In this document: piece by piece, positions 44,976 to 56,345 of the stretch
Position numbering within the stretch: the first letter of the stretch is position 1
Layout of the letters: the number at the start of each line of letters is the position of its first letter
Source: Escherichia coli
Lineage (GTDB): Bacteria; Pseudomonadota; Gammaproteobacteria; Enterobacterales; Enterobacteriaceae
Reading direction: 5' to 3' (one strand)
DNA: 64,000 nt
Assembly: GCF_013315695.1 (NCBI RefSeq)
Contig: NZ_CP054353.1
The notes under the pieces: generated by a model
Database searches by the model: none
Seen by the model: only the letters and a program-made list of their open reading frames with translations
What the model was told of the DNA's origin: nothing
Program-made: the position numbers and the translations under genes

Positions 44976-46399
44976 TGCGTATCGGCATGCGGTTGTTGCT
45001 GGGCTATTTTTTACTGGTGGCGGTGGCAGCCTGGTTCGTACTGGCCATTTTTGTCAAAGAAGTTAAACCGGGCGTGCGAAGAGCAACGGAGGGGACGTTG
45101 ATCGACACCGCAACGTTGCTGGCGGAGCTGGCGCGTCCCGATTTGCTCTCTGGGGACCCAACGCATGGGCAACTGGCGCAGGCGTTTAATCAGCTACAAC
45201 ATCGCCCGTTTCGCGCCAATATCGGTGGCATTAACAAAGTGCGAAACGAATATCATGTCTATATGACCGATGCGCAGGGCAAAGTATTGTTCGATTCGGC
45301 AAATAAAGCCGTTGGACAGGATTATTCGCGCTGGAATGACGTCTGGCTAACGTTGCGTGGTCAGTATGGTGCGCGCAGCACGTTGCAAAATCCTGCCGAT
45401 CCCGAAAGTTCTGTGATGTATGTTGCCGCACCGATTATGGACGGCTCGCGGCTTATTGGCGTTTTGAGCGTAGGCAAACCGAACGCGGCGATGGCTCCGG
45501 TCATTAAGCGTAGCGAGCGGCGAATTTTATGGGCCAGCGCCATTTTGTTGGGGATTGCACTGGTGATTGGCGCAGGCATGGTTTGGTGGATCAACCGCTC
45601 TATTGCCCGGCTCACTCGCTATGCTGATTCCGTCACTGACAATAAGCCCGTTCCTCTCCCCGATCTCGGTAGTAGCGAGTTGCGTAAACTCGCGCAGGCG
45701 CTGGAAAGTATGCGCGTGAAGCTGGAAGGGAAAAACTATATTGAGCAGTATGTTTACGCATTAACTCATGAGCTAAAAAGCCCACTGGCGGCGATTCGTG
45801 GCGCGGCGGAAATTTTACGCGAAGGTCCGCCGCCGGAAGTGGTGGCTCGTTTTACTGACAACATTCTGACGCAAAATGCGCGTATGCAGGCATTGGTAGA
45901 AACGTTACTACGCCAGGCAAGACTGGAGAATCGTCAGGAAGTCGTTCTGACTGCTGTTGATGTGGCGGCATTATTCCGCCGCGTCAGCGAAGCGCGCACC
46001 GTGCAGTTGGCAGAAAAAAAAATCACTCTGCATGTTACGCCCACCGAGGTTAACGTTGCTGCTGAACCGGCGTTACTGGAGCAGGCGCTGGGAAATTTAC
46101 TGGATAACGCCATCGATTTTACCCCCGAGAGCGGTTGCATCACGCTAAGCGCCGAAGTGGATCAGGAACACGTCACGCTTAAGGTGCTGGATACCGGTAG
46201 TGGTATTCCTGACTACGCGCTTTCACGTATTTTTGAACGCTTTTACTCTTTGCCTCGTGCAAATGGGCAAAAAAGCAGCGGTCTGGGGTTGGCGTTCGTC
46301 AGTGAGGTCGCCCGTTTGTTTAACGGCGAAGTCACGCTGCGCAACGTGCAGGAAGGTGGCGTGCTGGCCTCGCTTCGACTTCACCGTCACTTCACATAG
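44975..46399 (+). CDS. creC: Sensor histidine kinase CreC
   Basis: 474-aa ORF with TM segments and H-box (ALTHELKSPLAAIRGAAE); start overlaps creB stop (taATG). Confidence 0.9.
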   Translation: MRIGMRLLLGYFLLVAVAAWFVLAIFVKEVKPGVRRATEGTLIDTATLLAELARPDLLSGDPTHGQLAQAFNQLQHRPFRANIGGINKVRNEYHVYMTDAQGKVLFDSANKAVGQDYSRWNDVWLTLRGQYGARSTLQNPADPESSVMYVAAPIMDGSRLIGVLSVGKPNAAMAPVIKRSERRILWASAILLGIALVIGAGMVWWINRSIARLTRYADSVTDNKPVPLPDLGSSELRKLAQALESMRVKLEGKNYIEQYVYALTHELKSPLAAIRGAAEILREGPPPEVVARFTDNILTQNARMQALVETLLRQARLENRQEVVLTAVDVAALFRRVSEARTVQLAEKKITLHVTPTEVNVAAEPALLEQALGNLLDNAIDFTPESGCITLSAEVDQEHVTLKVLDTGSGIPDYALSRIFERFYSLPRANGQKSSGLGLAFVSEVARLFNGEVTLRNVQEGGVLASLRLHRHFT

Positions 46400-46456
46400 C
46401 TTCAAATTCTTCCCACATAGCCTTCGTATCCTGCTGCCATTGCAAAGGAGAAGACT

Positions 46457-47809
46457 ATGTTGAAATCCCCCCTGTTCTGGAAAATGACCACCCTGTTTGG
46501 TGCAGTATTGCTGTTGTTGATTCCGATAATGCTGATTCGGCAGGTGATTGTCGAACGTGCTGATTACCGTAGCGATGTGGAAGATGCGATTCGCCAAAGT
46601 ACCAGCGGGCCGCAAAAACTCGTTGGGCCGCTCATCGCTATTCCTGTGACCGAGCTTTATACGGTGCAGGAAGAGGATAAAACCGTGGAGCGGAAACGAA
46701 GTTTTATCCATTTTTGGTTACCTGAGTCATTGATGGTTGATGGCAATCAGAACGTGGAAGAACGCAAGATAGGGATTTATACCGGTCAGGTCTGGCACAG
46801 TGATTTAACGCTAAAAGCCGATTTCGATGTTTCGCGTCTTAGCGAACTCAACGCGCCAAATATCACCTTAGGCAAGCCATTTATTGTGATTAGCGTCGGG
46901 GATGCGCGTGGTATTGGTGTGGTGAAAGCGCCTGAAGTTAACGGAACGGCGCTGACCATTGAACCCGGCACCGGGTTAGAGCAAGGCGGGCAGGGCGTAC
47001 ATATCCCTTTACCCGAAGGGGACTGGCGAAAGCAGAACCTGAAGCTGGATATGGCACTGAATTTAAGCGGTACCGGCGATCTTTCTGTGGTGCCTGCTGG
47101 GCGTAATAGCGAAATGACCTTAACCAGCAACTGGCCGCATCCCAGTTTTTTAGGTGATTTTCTACCAGCCAAACGGGAAGTTAGCGAGTCAGGTTTTCAG
47201 GCGCACTGGCAAAGCAGCTGGTTTGCTAATAATCTCGGTGAGCGTTTTGCTTCAGGCAATGATACCGGTTGGGAAAACTTCCCGGCGTTTAGCGTCGCAG
47301 TAACGACGCCAGCCGATCAATACCAATTAACTGACCGGGCGACTAAGTACGCCATTCTGCTGATTGCGCTGACTTTTATGGCGTTCTTTGTTTTTGAAAC
47401 GCTCACCGCGCAACGTTTACACCCAATGCAATATTTGCTGGTGGGGCTTTCATTGGTGATGTTTTATTTGCTCTTGCTGGCGCTTTCTGAACATGCCGGT
47501 TTTACCGTGGCATGGATAATCGCCAGTCTGATTGGGGCGTTAATGAACGGTATTTATTTGCAGGCGGTATTGAAAGGTTGGCGCAACAGCATGTTGTTTA
47601 CCCTCGCGCTGTTGTTGCTGGATGGTGTGATGTGGGGACTGCTCAACTCTGCCGATAGCGCGCTGTTGTTGGGAACCAGTGTGCTGGTGGTGGCGCTGGC
47701 CGGCATGATGTTTGTGACCCGTAATATCGACTGGTATGCGTTTTCACTGCCGAAAATGAAAGCCAGTAAAGAAGTTACAACGGACGATGAGTTACGTATC
47801 TGGAAATAA
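46457..47809 (+). CDS. creD: Inner-membrane protein CreD
   Basis: 450-aa multi-TM ORF. Confidence 0.9.
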   Translation: MLKSPLFWKMTTLFGAVLLLLIPIMLIRQVIVERADYRSDVEDAIRQSTSGPQKLVGPLIAIPVTELYTVQEEDKTVERKRSFIHFWLPESLMVDGNQNVEERKIGIYTGQVWHSDLTLKADFDVSRLSELNAPNITLGKPFIVISVGDARGIGVVKAPEVNGTALTIEPGTGLEQGGQGVHIPLPEGDWRKQNLKLDMALNLSGTGDLSVVPAGRNSEMTLTSNWPHPSFLGDFLPAKREVSESGFQAHWQSSWFANNLGERFASGNDTGWENFPAFSVAVTTPADQYQLTDRATKYAILLIALTFMAFFVFETLTAQRLHPMQYLLVGLSLVMFYLLLLALSEHAGFTVAWIIASLIGALMNGIYLQAVLKGWRNSMLFTLALLLLDGVMWGLLNSADSALLLGTSVLVVALAGMMFVTRNIDWYAFSLPKMKASKEVTTDDELRIWK

Positions 47810-47820
47810 GGTTGAAAAAT

Positions 47821-47850
47821 AAAAACGGCGCTAAAAAGCGCCGTTTTTTT
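47821..47850. terminator. Bidirectional intrinsic terminator between creD and arcA
   Basis: aaaaacggcgctaaaaagcgccgttttttt: hairpin flanked by A-run and T-run. Confidence 0.8.
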
Positions 47851-47868
47851 TGACGGTGGTAAAGCCGA

Positions 47869-48585
47869 TTAATCTTCCAGATCACCGCAGAAGCGATAAC
47901 CTTCACCGTGAATGGTGGCGATGATTTCCGGCGTATCCGGCGTAGATTCGAAATGTTTACGAATACGGCGGATCGTCACGTCTACAGTACGGTCGTGCGG
48001 TTTCAGCTCACGGCCGGTCATTTTCTTCAGCAGTTCAGCACGGGACTGAATTTTGCCTGGGTTTTCACAGAAGTGAAGCATGGCGCGGAACTCGCTGCGC
48101 GGCAGCTTGTACTGCTCGCCATCAGGGCCGATCAACGAACGGCTGTTGATGTCCAGTTCCCAACCATTGAACTTGTAGCTTTCAACGCTACGACGTTCTT
48201 CGCTGACAGTACCCAGATTCATGGTACGGGACAGCAGGTTGCGTGCACGAATCGTCAGTTCACGCGGGTTGAACGGTTTGGTGATGTAGTCATCTGCACC
48301 GATTTCGAGGCCGAGAATTTTATCGACTTCGTTGTCACGGCCAGTCAGGAACATCAACGCAACATTCGCCTGCTCGCGCAGTTCACGCGCTAACAGAAGA
48401 CCGTTCTTACCCGGCAGATTGATATCCATGATCACCAGGTTGATGTCATATTCAGAGAGGATCTGATGCATTTCCGCGCCATCTGTCGCTTCGAAAACAT
48501 CATAGCCTTCCGCTTCGAAAATACTTTTCAACGTGTTGCGTGTTACCAACTCGTCTTCAACGATAAGAATGTGCGGGGTCTGCAT
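47869..48585 (-). CDS. arcA: Aerobic respiration control response regulator ArcA
   Basis: 238-aa [31 protein letters not shown]... Confidence 0.95.
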
Positions 48586-48680
48586 GTTTGCTACCTAAAT
48601 TGCCAACTAAATCGAAACAGGAAGTACAAAAGTCCCTGACCTGCCTGATGCATGCTGCAAATTAACATGATCGGCGTAAC

Positions 48681-48821
48681 ATGACTAAAGTACGTAATTG
48701 CGTTCTTGATGCACTTTCCATCAACGTCAACAACATCATTAGCTTGGTCGTGGGTACTTTCCCTCAGGACCCGACAGTGTCAAAAACGGCTGTCATCCTA
48801 ACCATTTTAACAGCAACATAA
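48681..48821 (+). CDS. yjjY: Small protein YjjY
   Basis: 46-aa ORF MTKVRNCVLDALSINVNNIISLVVGTFPQDPTVSKTAVILTILTAT, below the 60-aa cutoff of the ORF track. Confidence 0.5.
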   Translation: MTKVRNCVLDALSINVNNIISLVVGTFPQDPTVSKTAVILTILTAT

Positions 48822-49220
48822 CAGGCTAAGAGGGGCCGGACACCCAATAAAACTACGCTTCGTTGACATATATCAAGTTCAATTGTAGCACGTTAACAGT
48901 TTGATGAAATCATCGTATCTAAATGCTAGCTTTCGTCACATTATTTTAATAATCCAACTAGTTGCATCATACAACTAATAAACGTGGTGAATCCAATTGT
49001 CGAGATTTATTTTTTATAAAATTATCCTAAGTAAACAGAAGGATATGTAGCATTTTTTAACAATTAAACCGTTAGTACAGTAAGGAAATAGTTTAGCCTT
49101 TTTTAAGCTAAGTAAAGGGCTTTTTCTGCGACTTACGTTAAGAATTTGTAAATTCGCACCGCGTAATAAGTTGACAGTGATCACCCGGTTCGCGGTTATT
49201 TGATCAAGAAGAGTGGCAAT

Positions 49221-49907
49221 ATGCGTATAACGATTATTCTGGTCGCACCCGCCAGAGCAGAAAATATTGGGGCAGCGGCGCGGGCAATGAAAACGATGGG
49301 GTTTAGCGATCTGCGGATTGTCGATAGTCAGGCACACCTGGAGCCAGCCACCCACTGGGTCGCACATGGATCTGGTGATATTATTGATAATATTAAAGTT
49401 TTCCCGACACTGGCTGAATCGTTACACGATGTCGATTTCACTGTCGCCACCACTGCGCGCAGTCGGGCGAAATATCATTACTACGCCACGCCAGTTGAAC
49501 TGGTGCCGCTGTTAGAGGAAAAATCTTCATGGATGAGCCATGCCGCGCTGGTGTTTGGTCGCGAAGATTCCGGGTTGACTAACGAAGAGTTAGCGTTGGC
49601 TGACGTTCTTACTGGTGTGCCGATGGTGGCAGATTATCCTTCGCTCAATCTTGGGCAGGCGGTGATGGTCTATTGCTATCAATTAGCAACATTAATACAA
49701 CAACCGGCGAAAAGTGACACAACGGCAGACCAACATCAACTGCAAGCTTTACGCGAACGAGCCATGGCATTGCTGACGACTCTGGCAGTGGCAGATGACA
49801 TAAAACTGGTCGACTGGTTACAACAACGCCTGGGGCTTTTAGAGCACCGAGACACGGCAATGTTGCACCGTTTGCTGCATGATATTGAAAAAAATATCAC
49901 CAAATAA
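49221..49907 (+). CDS. lasT: SpoU/TrmH-family tRNA/rRNA methyltransferase
   Basis: 228-aa from ATG 49221 (MRITIILVAPARAENIGAAARAMKTMGF). Confidence 0.85.
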   Translation: MRITIILVAPARAENIGAAARAMKTMGFSDLRIVDSQAHLEPATHWVAHGSGDIIDNIKVFPTLAESLHDVDFTVATTARSRAKYHYYATPVELVPLLEEKSSWMSHAALVFGREDSGLTNEELALADVLTGVPMVADYPSLNLGQAVMVYCYQLATLIQQPAKSDTTADQHQLQALRERAMALLTTLAVADDIKLVDWLQQRLGLLEHRDTAMLHRLLHDIEKNITK

Positions 49908-50117
49908 AAAACGCCTTAGTAAGTATTTTTCAGCTTTTCATTCTGACTGCAACGGGCAATATGTCTCTGTGTGGATTAAAAAAAGAGTGTCTGATAGCAG
50001 CTTCTGAACTGGTTACCTGCCGTGAGTAAATTAAAATTTTATTGACTTAGGTCACTAAATACTTTAACCAATATAGGCATAGCGCACAGACAGATAAAAA
50101 TTACAGAGTACACAACA

Positions 50118-50186
<69 letters not shown>

Positions 50187-50204
50187 CGCGTACAGGAAAC
50201 ACAG

Positions 50205-50240
50205 AAAAAAGCCCGCACCTGACAGTGCGGGCTTTTTTTT
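50205..50240 (+). terminator. thr attenuator (rho-independent terminator)
   Basis: aaaaaagcccgcacctgacagtgcgggc followed by an 8-T run. Confidence 0.9.
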
Positions 50241-50266
50241 CGACCAAAGGTAACGAGGTAACAACC

Positions 50267-52729
50267 ATGCGAGTGTTGAAGTTCGGCGGTACATCAGTGG
50301 CAAATGCAGAACGTTTTCTGCGTGTTGCCGATATTCTGGAAAGCAATGCCAGGCAGGGGCAGGTGGCCACCGTCCTCTCTGCCCCCGCCAAAATCACCAA
50401 CCACCTGGTGGCGATGATTGAAAAAACCATTAGCGGCCAGGATGCTTTACCCAATATCAGCGATGCCGAACGTATTTTTGCCGAACTTCTGACGGGACTC
50501 GCCGCTGCCCAACCGGGATTCCCGCTGGCGCAACTGAAAACTTTCGTCGACCAGGAATTTGCCCAAATAAAACATGTCCTGCATGGCATTAGTTTGTTGG
50601 GGCAGTGCCCGGATAGCATCAACGCTGCGCTGATTTGCCGTGGCGAGAAAATGTCGATCGCCATTATGGCCGGCGTGTTAGAAGCGCGTGGTCACAACGT
50701 TACCGTTATCGATCCGGTCGAAAAACTGCTGGCTGTGGGGCATTACCTCGAATCTACCGTCGATATTGCTGAGTCCACCCGCCGTATTGCGGCAAGTCGT
50801 ATTCCGGCTGATCACATGGTGCTGATGGCAGGTTTCACCGCCGGTAATGAAAAAGGCGAACTGGTGGTGCTTGGACGCAACGGTTCCGACTACTCCGCGG
50901 CGGTGCTGGCTGCCTGTTTACGCGCCGATTGTTGCGAGATTTGGACGGACGTTGACGGGGTCTATACCTGCGACCCGCGTCAGGTGCCCGATGCGAGGTT
51001 GTTGAAGTCGATGTCCTACCAGGAAGCGATGGAGCTTTCCTACTTCGGCGCTAAAGTTCTTCACCCCCGCACCATTACCCCCATCGCCCAGTTCCAGATC
51101 CCTTGCCTGATTAAAAATACCGGAAATCCTCAAGCACCAGGTACGCTCATTGGTGCCAGTCGTGATGAAGACGAATTACCGGTCAAGGGCATTTCCAATC
51201 TGAATAACATGGCAATGTTCAGCGTTTCCGGCCCGGGGATGAAAGGAATGGTCGGCATGGCGGCGCGCGTCTTTGCTGCAATGTCACGCGCCCGTATTTC
51301 CGTGGTGCTGATTACGCAATCATCTTCCGAATACAGTATCAGTTTCTGCGTTCCGCAAAGCGACTGTGTGCGAGCTGAACGGGCAATGCAGGAAGAGTTC
51401 TACCTGGAACTGAAAGAAGGCTTACTGGAGCCGCTGGCGGTGACGGAACGGCTGGCCATTATCTCGGTGGTAGGTGATGGTATGCGCACCTTGCGTGGGA
51501 TCTCGGCGAAATTCTTTGCCGCGCTGGCCCGCGCCAATATCAACATTGTCGCCATTGCTCAGGGATCTTCTGAACGCTCAATCTCTGTCGTGGTAAATAA
51601 CGATGATGCGACCACTGGCGTGCGCGTTACTCATCAGATGCTGTTCAATACCGATCAGGTTATCGAAGTGTTTGTGATTGGCGTCGGTGGCGTTGGCGGT
51701 GCGCTGCTGGAGCAACTGAAGCGTCAACAAAGCTGGCTGAAGAATAAACATATCGACTTACGTGTCTGCGGCGTTGCCAACTCGAAGGCTCTGCTTACCA
51801 ATGTGCATGGCCTAAACCTGGAAAACTGGCAGGAAGAACTGGCTCAAGCCAAAGAGCCGTTTAATCTCGGGCGCTTAATTCGCCTCGTGAAAGAATATCA
51901 TCTGCTGAACCCGGTCATTGTTGACTGCACTTCCAGCCAGGCAGTGGCGGATCAGTATGCCGACTTCCTGCGCGAAGGTTTCCACGTCGTCACGCCGAAC
52001 AAAAAGGCTAACACCTCGTCGATGGATTACTACCATCTGTTGCGTCATGCGGCGGAAAAATCGCGGCGTAAATTCCTCTATGACACCAACGTTGGGGCTG
52101 GATTACCGGTTATTGAGAACCTGCAAAATCTGCTCAATGCTGGTGATGAATTGATGAAGTTCTCCGGCATTCTTTCAGGTTCGCTTTCTTATATCTTCGG
52201 CAAGTTAGACGAAGGCATGAGTTTCTCCGAGGCGACCACACTGGCGCGGGAAATGGGTTATACCGAACCGGACCCGCGAGATGATCTTTCTGGTATGGAT
52301 GTGGCGCGTAAGCTATTGATTCTCGCTCGTGAAACGGGACGTGAACTGGAGCTGGCGGATATTGAAATTGAACCTGTGCTGCCCGCAGAGTTTAACGCCG
52401 AGGGTGATGTCGCCGCTTTTATGGCGAATCTGTCACAGCTCGACGATCTCTTTGCCGCGCGTGTGGCGAAGGCCCGTGATGAAGGAAAAGTTTTGCGCTA
52501 TGTTGGCAATATTGATGAAGATGGCGTCTGCCGCGTGAAGATTGCCGAAGTGGATGGTAATGATCCGCTGTTCAAAGTGAAAAATGGCGAAAACGCCCTG
52601 GCCTTCTATAGCCACTATTATCAGCCGCTGCCGTTGGTACTGCGCGGATATGGTGCGGGCAATGACGTTACAGCTGCCGGTGTCTTTGCTGATCTGCTAC
52701 GTACCCTCTCATGGAAGTTAGGAGTCTGA
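50267..52729 (+). CDS. thrA: Bifunctional aspartokinase I / homoserine dehydrogenase I
   Basis: 820-aa from ATG 50267 ([17 protein letters not shown]). Confidence 0.97.
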   Translation: MRVLKFGGTSVANAERFLRVADILESNARQGQVATVLSAPAKITNHLVAMIEKTISGQDALPNISDAERIFAELLTGLAAAQPGFPLAQLKTFVDQEFAQIKHVLHGISLLGQCPDSINAALICRGEKMSIAIMAGVLEARGHNVTVIDPVEKLLAVGHYLESTVDIAESTRRIAASRIPADHMVLMAGFTAGNEKGELVVLGRNGSDYSAAVLAACLRADCCEIWTDVDGVYTCDPRQVPDARLLKSMSYQEAMELSYFGAKVLHPRTITPIAQFQIPCLIKNTGNPQAPGTLIGASRDEDELPVKGISNLNNMAMFSVSGPGMKGMVGMAARVFAAMSRARISVVLITQSSSEYSISFCVPQSDCVRAERAMQEEFYLELKEGLLEPLAVTERLAIISVVGDGMRTLRGISAKFFAALARANINIVAIAQGSSERSISVVVNNDDATTGVRVTHQMLFNTDQVIEVFVIGVGGVGGALLEQLKRQQSWLKNKHIDLRVCGVANSKALLTNVHGLNLENWQEELAQAKEPFNLGRLIRLVKEYHLLNPVIVDCTSSQAVADQYADFLREGFHVVTPNKKANTSSMDYYHLLRHAAEKSRRKFLYDTNVGAGLPVIENLQNLLNAGDELMKFSGILSGSLSYIFGKLDEGMSFSEATTLAREMGYTEPDPRDDLSGMDVARKLLILARETGRELELADIEIEPVLPAEFNAEGDVAAFMANLSQLDDLFAARVAKARDEGKVLRYVGNIDEDGVCRVKIAEVDGNDPLFKVKNGENALAFYSHYYQPLPLVLRGYGAGNDVTAAGVFADLLRTLSWKLGV

Positions 52730-52730
52730 C

Positions 52731-53663
52731 ATGGTTAAAGTTTATGCCCCGGCTTCCAGTGCCAATATGAGCGTCGGGTTTGATGTGCTCGGGGCGGCGG
52801 TGACACCTGTTGATGGTGCATTGCTCGGAGATGTAGTCACGGTTGAGGCGGCAGAGACATTCAGTCTCAACAACCTCGGACGCTTTGCCGATAAGCTGCC
52901 GTCAGAACCACGGGAAAATATCGTTTATCAGTGCTGGGAGCGTTTTTGCCAGGAACTGGGTAAGCAAATTCCAGTGGCGATGACCCTGGAAAAGAATATG
53001 CCGATCGGTTCGGGCTTAGGCTCCAGTGCCTGTTCGGTGGTCGCGGCGCTGATGGCGATGAATGAACACTGCGGCAAGCCGCTTAATGCCACTCGTTTGC
53101 TGGCTTTGATGGGCGAGCTGGAAGGCCGTATCTCCGGCAGCATTCATTACGACAACGTGGCACCGTGTTTTCTCGGTGGTATGCAGTTGATGATCGAAGA
53201 AAACGACATCATCAGCCAGCAAGTGCCAGGGTTTGATGAGTGGCTGTGGGTGCTGGCGTATCCGGGGATTAAAGTCTCGACGGCAGAAGCCCGGGCTATT
53301 TTACCGGCGCAGTATCGCCGCCAGGATTGCATTGCGCACGGGCGACATCTGGCAGGCTTCATTCACGCCTGTTATTCCCGTCAGCCTGAGCTTGCCGCGA
53401 AGCTGATGAAAGATGTTATCGCTGAACCCTACCGTGAACGGTTATTGCCTGGCTTTCGGCAGGCGCGGCAGGCGGTTGCGGAAATCGGCGCGGTAGCGAG
53501 CGGTATCTCCGGCTCCGGCCCGACTTTGTTCGCTCTGTGTGACAAGCCGGATACCGCCCAGCGCGTTGCCGACTGGTTGGGTAAGAACTACCTGCAAAAT
53601 CAGGAAGGTTTTGTTCATATTTGCCGGCTGGATACGGCGGGCGCACGAGTACTGGAAAACTAA
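52731..53663 (+). CDS. thrB: Homoserine kinase
   Basis: 310-aa [28 protein letters not shown] kinase. Confidence 0.97.
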   Translation: MVKVYAPASSANMSVGFDVLGAAVTPVDGALLGDVVTVEAAETFSLNNLGRFADKLPSEPRENIVYQCWERFCQELGKQIPVAMTLEKNMPIGSGLGSSACSVVAALMAMNEHCGKPLNATRLLALMGELEGRISGSIHYDNVAPCFLGGMQLMIEENDIISQQVPGFDEWLWVLAYPGIKVSTAEARAILPAQYRRQDCIAHGRHLAGFIHACYSRQPELAAKLMKDVIAEPYRERLLPGFRQARQAVAEIGAVASGISGSGPTLFALCDKPDTAQRVADWLGKNYLQNQEGFVHICRLDTAGARVLEN

Positions 53664-54950
53664 ATGAAACTCTACAATCTGAAAGATCACAATGAGCAGG
53701 TCAGCTTTGCGCAAGCCGTAACCCAGGGGTTGGGCAAAAATCAGGGGCTGTTTTTCCCGCACGACCTGCCGGAATTCAGCCTGACTGAAATTGATGAGAT
53801 GCTGAAGCTGGATTTTGTCACCCGCAGTGCGAAGATCCTCTCGGCGTTTATTGGTGATGAAATCCCGCAGGAAATCCTGGAAGAGCGCGTACGCGCGGCG
53901 TTTGCCTTCCCGGCTCCGGTCGCCAATGTTGAAAGCGATGTCGGTTGTCTGGAATTGTTCCACGGGCCAACGCTGGCATTTAAAGATTTCGGCGGTCGCT
54001 TTATGGCACAAATGCTGACCCATATTGCGGGCGATAAGCCAGTGACCATTCTGACCGCGACATCCGGTGATACCGGAGCGGCAGTGGCTCATGCTTTCTA
54101 CGGTTTACCGAATGTGAAAGTGGTTATCCTCTATCCACGAGGCAAAATCAGTCCACTGCAAGAAAAACTGTTCTGTACATTGGGCGGCAATATCGAAACT
54201 GTTGCCATCGACGGCGATTTCGATGCCTGTCAGGCGCTGGTGAAGCAGGCGTTTGATGATGAAGAACTGAAAGTAGCGCTGGGGCTAAACTCTGCTAACT
54301 CCATTAACATCAGCCGTTTGCTGGCGCAGATTTGCTACTACTTTGAAGCTGTTGCGCAGCTGCCGCAGGAAGCGCGCAACCAGCTGGTTGTCTCGGTGCC
54401 GAGCGGTAACTTCGGCGATTTGACTGCGGGCCTGCTGGCGAAATCTCTTGGCCTGCCGGTGAAGCGTTTTATCGCTGCCACTAACGTGAACGATACCGTG
54501 CCGCGTTTCCTGCACGACGGGCAGTGGTCACCCAAAGCGACTCAGGCGACGTTATCCAACGCGATGGACGTGAGTCAACCGAACAACTGGCCGCGTGTGG
54601 AAGAGTTGTTCCGCCGCAAAATCTGGCAACTGAAAGAGCTGGGTTATGCAGCCGTAGATGATGAAACCACGCAACAGACAATGCGTGAGTTAAAAGAACT
54701 GGGCTATACCTCGGAGCCGCACGCTGCCGTAGCTTATCGTGCGCTGCGTGACCAGTTGAATCCAGGCGAATATGGTTTGTTCCTCGGCACCGCGCATCCG
54801 GCGAAATTTAAAGAGAGCGTGGAAGCGATTCTCGGTGAAACGTTGGATCTGCCAAAAGAGCTGGCAGAACGTGCTGATTTACCCTTGCTTTCGCATAACC
54901 TGCCCGCCGATTTTGCTGCGTTGCGTAAATTGATGATGAATCATCAGTAA
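53664..54950 (+). CDS. thrC: Threonine synthase
   Basis: 428-aa ORF MKLYNLKDHNEQVSFAQAVTQGLG. Confidence 0.97.
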   Translation: MKLYNLKDHNEQVSFAQAVTQGLGKNQGLFFPHDLPEFSLTEIDEMLKLDFVTRSAKILSAFIGDEIPQEILEERVRAAFAFPAPVANVESDVGCLELFHGPTLAFKDFGGRFMAQMLTHIAGDKPVTILTATSGDTGAAVAHAFYGLPNVKVVILYPRGKISPLQEKLFCTLGGNIETVAIDGDFDACQALVKQAFDDEELKVALGLNSANSINISRLLAQICYYFEAVAQLPQEARNQLVVSVPSGNFGDLTAGLLAKSLGLPVKRFIAATNVNDTVPRFLHDGQWSPKATQATLSNAMDVSQPNNWPRVEELFRRKIWQLKELGYAAVDDETTQQTMRELKELGYTSEPHAAVAYRALRDQLNPGEYGLFLGTAHPAKFKESVEAILGETLDLPKELAERADLPLLSHNLPADFAALRKLMMNHQ

Positions 54951-54971
54951 CATCTATTCATTATCTCAATC

Positions 54972-55006
54972 AGGCCGGGTTTGCTTTTATGCAGCCCGGC
55001 TTTTTT
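54972..55006 (+). terminator. thr operon terminator
   Basis: aggccgggtttgcttttatgcagcccggc followed by tttttt. Confidence 0.8.
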
Positions 55007-55163
55007 ATGAAGAAAATATGGAGAAAAACGACAGGGAAAAAGGAGAAATTCTCAATAAATGCGGTAACTTAGAGATTAGGATTGCGGAGAATAACAACTG
55101 CCGTTCTCATCGCGTAATCTCCGGATATCGACCCATAACGGGCAATGATAAAAGGAGTAACCT

Positions 55164-55460
55164 GTGAAAAAGATGCAATCTATCGTAGTCGCACTTTCCC
55201 TGGTTCTGGTCGCTCCCATGGCAGCGCAGGCTGCGGAAATTACGCTAGTCCCGTCAGTAAAATTACAGATAGGCGATCGTGATAATCGTGGCTATTACTG
55301 GGATGGCGGTCACTGGCGCGACCACGGCTGGTGGAAACAACATTATGAATGGCGAGGCAATCGCTGGCACCCACATGGACCGCCGCCATCGCCGCGCCAT
55401 AACAAGCACAATGATCATCGTGGCGATCATCGTCCGGGGCCTGACAAACATCATCGCTAA
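55164..55460 (+). CDS. yaaX: His/Trp-rich secreted small protein YaaX (DUF2502)
   Basis: 98-aa ORF with signal peptide [23 protein letters not shown]; GTG start. Confidence 0.8.
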   Translation: MKKMQSIVVALSLVLVAPMAAQAAEITLVPSVKLQIGDRDNRGYYWDGGHWRDHGWWKQHYEWRGNRWHPHGPPPSPRHNKHNDHRGDHRPGPDKHHR

Positions 55461-55499
55461 ATATCAATGCCGGATTGCCATCCGGCATTGACTACAAAC

Positions 55500-56276
55500 T
55501 TAACGCTGCTCGTAGCGTTTAAACACCAGTTCGCCATTGCTGGAGGAAGCTTCATCAAAGAAGTAACCTTCGCTATTAAAACCAGTCAGTTGCTCTGGTT
55601 TGGTCAGCCGATTTTCAATAATGAAACGACTCATCAGACCGCGTGCTTTCTTAGCGTAGAAGCTGATGATCTTAAATTTGCCGTTCTTCTCATCGAGGAA
55701 CACTGGCTTGATAATCTCGGCATTCAATTTCTTCGGCTTCACCGATTTAAAATACTCATCTGACGCCAGATTAATCACCACATTATCGCCTTGTGCTGCG
55801 AGCGCCTCGTTCAGCTTGTTGGTGATGATATCTCCCCAGAATTGATACAGATCTTTCCCTCGGGCATTCTCAAGACGGATCCCCATTTCCAGACGATAAG
55901 GCTGCATTAAATCGAGCGGGCGCAGTACGCCATACAAGCCGGAAAGCATTCGCAAATGCTGTTGGGCAAAATCGAAATCGTCTTCGCTGAAGGTTTCGGC
56001 CTGCAAGCCGGTGTAGACATCACCTTTAAATGCCAGAATCGCCTGGCGGGCATTCTCCGGCGTGAAATCTGGCTGCCAGTCATGAAAGCGAGCGGCGTTG
56101 ATACCCGCCAGTTTGTCGCTGATGCGCATCAGGGAGCTAATCTGCGGGGGCGTCAGTTTCCGCGCTTCATGGATCAGCTGCTGGGAGTTGTCTAACAGCT
56201 CCGGCAGCGTATAGCGCGTGGTGGTCAACGGGCTTTGGTAATCAAGCGTTTTCGCAGGTGAAATAAGAATCAGCAT
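55500..56276 (-). CDS. yaaA: Peroxide stress resistance protein YaaA (DUF328)
   Basis: 258-aa [20 protein letters not shown]... Confidence 0.9.
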   Translation of the reverse strand: MLILISPAKTLDYQSPLTTTRYTLPELLDNSQQLIHEARKLTPPQISSLMRISDKLAGINAARFHDWQPDFTPENARQAILAFKGDVYTGLQAETFSEDDFDFAQQHLRMLSGLYGVLRPLDLMQPYRLEMGIRLENARGKDLYQFWGDIITNKLNEALAAQGDNVVINLASDEYFKSVKPKKLNAEIIKPVFLDEKNGKFKIISFYAKKARGLMSRFIIENRLTKPEQLTGFNSEGYFFDEASSSNGELVFKRYEQR

Positions 56277-56345
56277 ATCCAGTCCTTGCAGGAAATTTAT
56301 GCCGACTTTAGCAAAAAAAGAGAATGAGTTGATCGATAGTTGTGA

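Noticed and set aside
48822-49220. About 400-bp AT-rich gap between yjjY and lasT, examined for a hidden small gene or sRNA
   Set aside because: No ORF with a plausible RBS and no convincing promoter-plus-terminator pair for an sRNA; most simply the promoter/leader region of lasT.
55164-55491. Multiple overlapping ORFs in all frames across yaaX
   Set aside because: The region encodes a His/Trp/Arg-rich repetitive peptide, so alternative frames stay open by chance; only the signal-peptide-bearing frame (yaaX) is credible.
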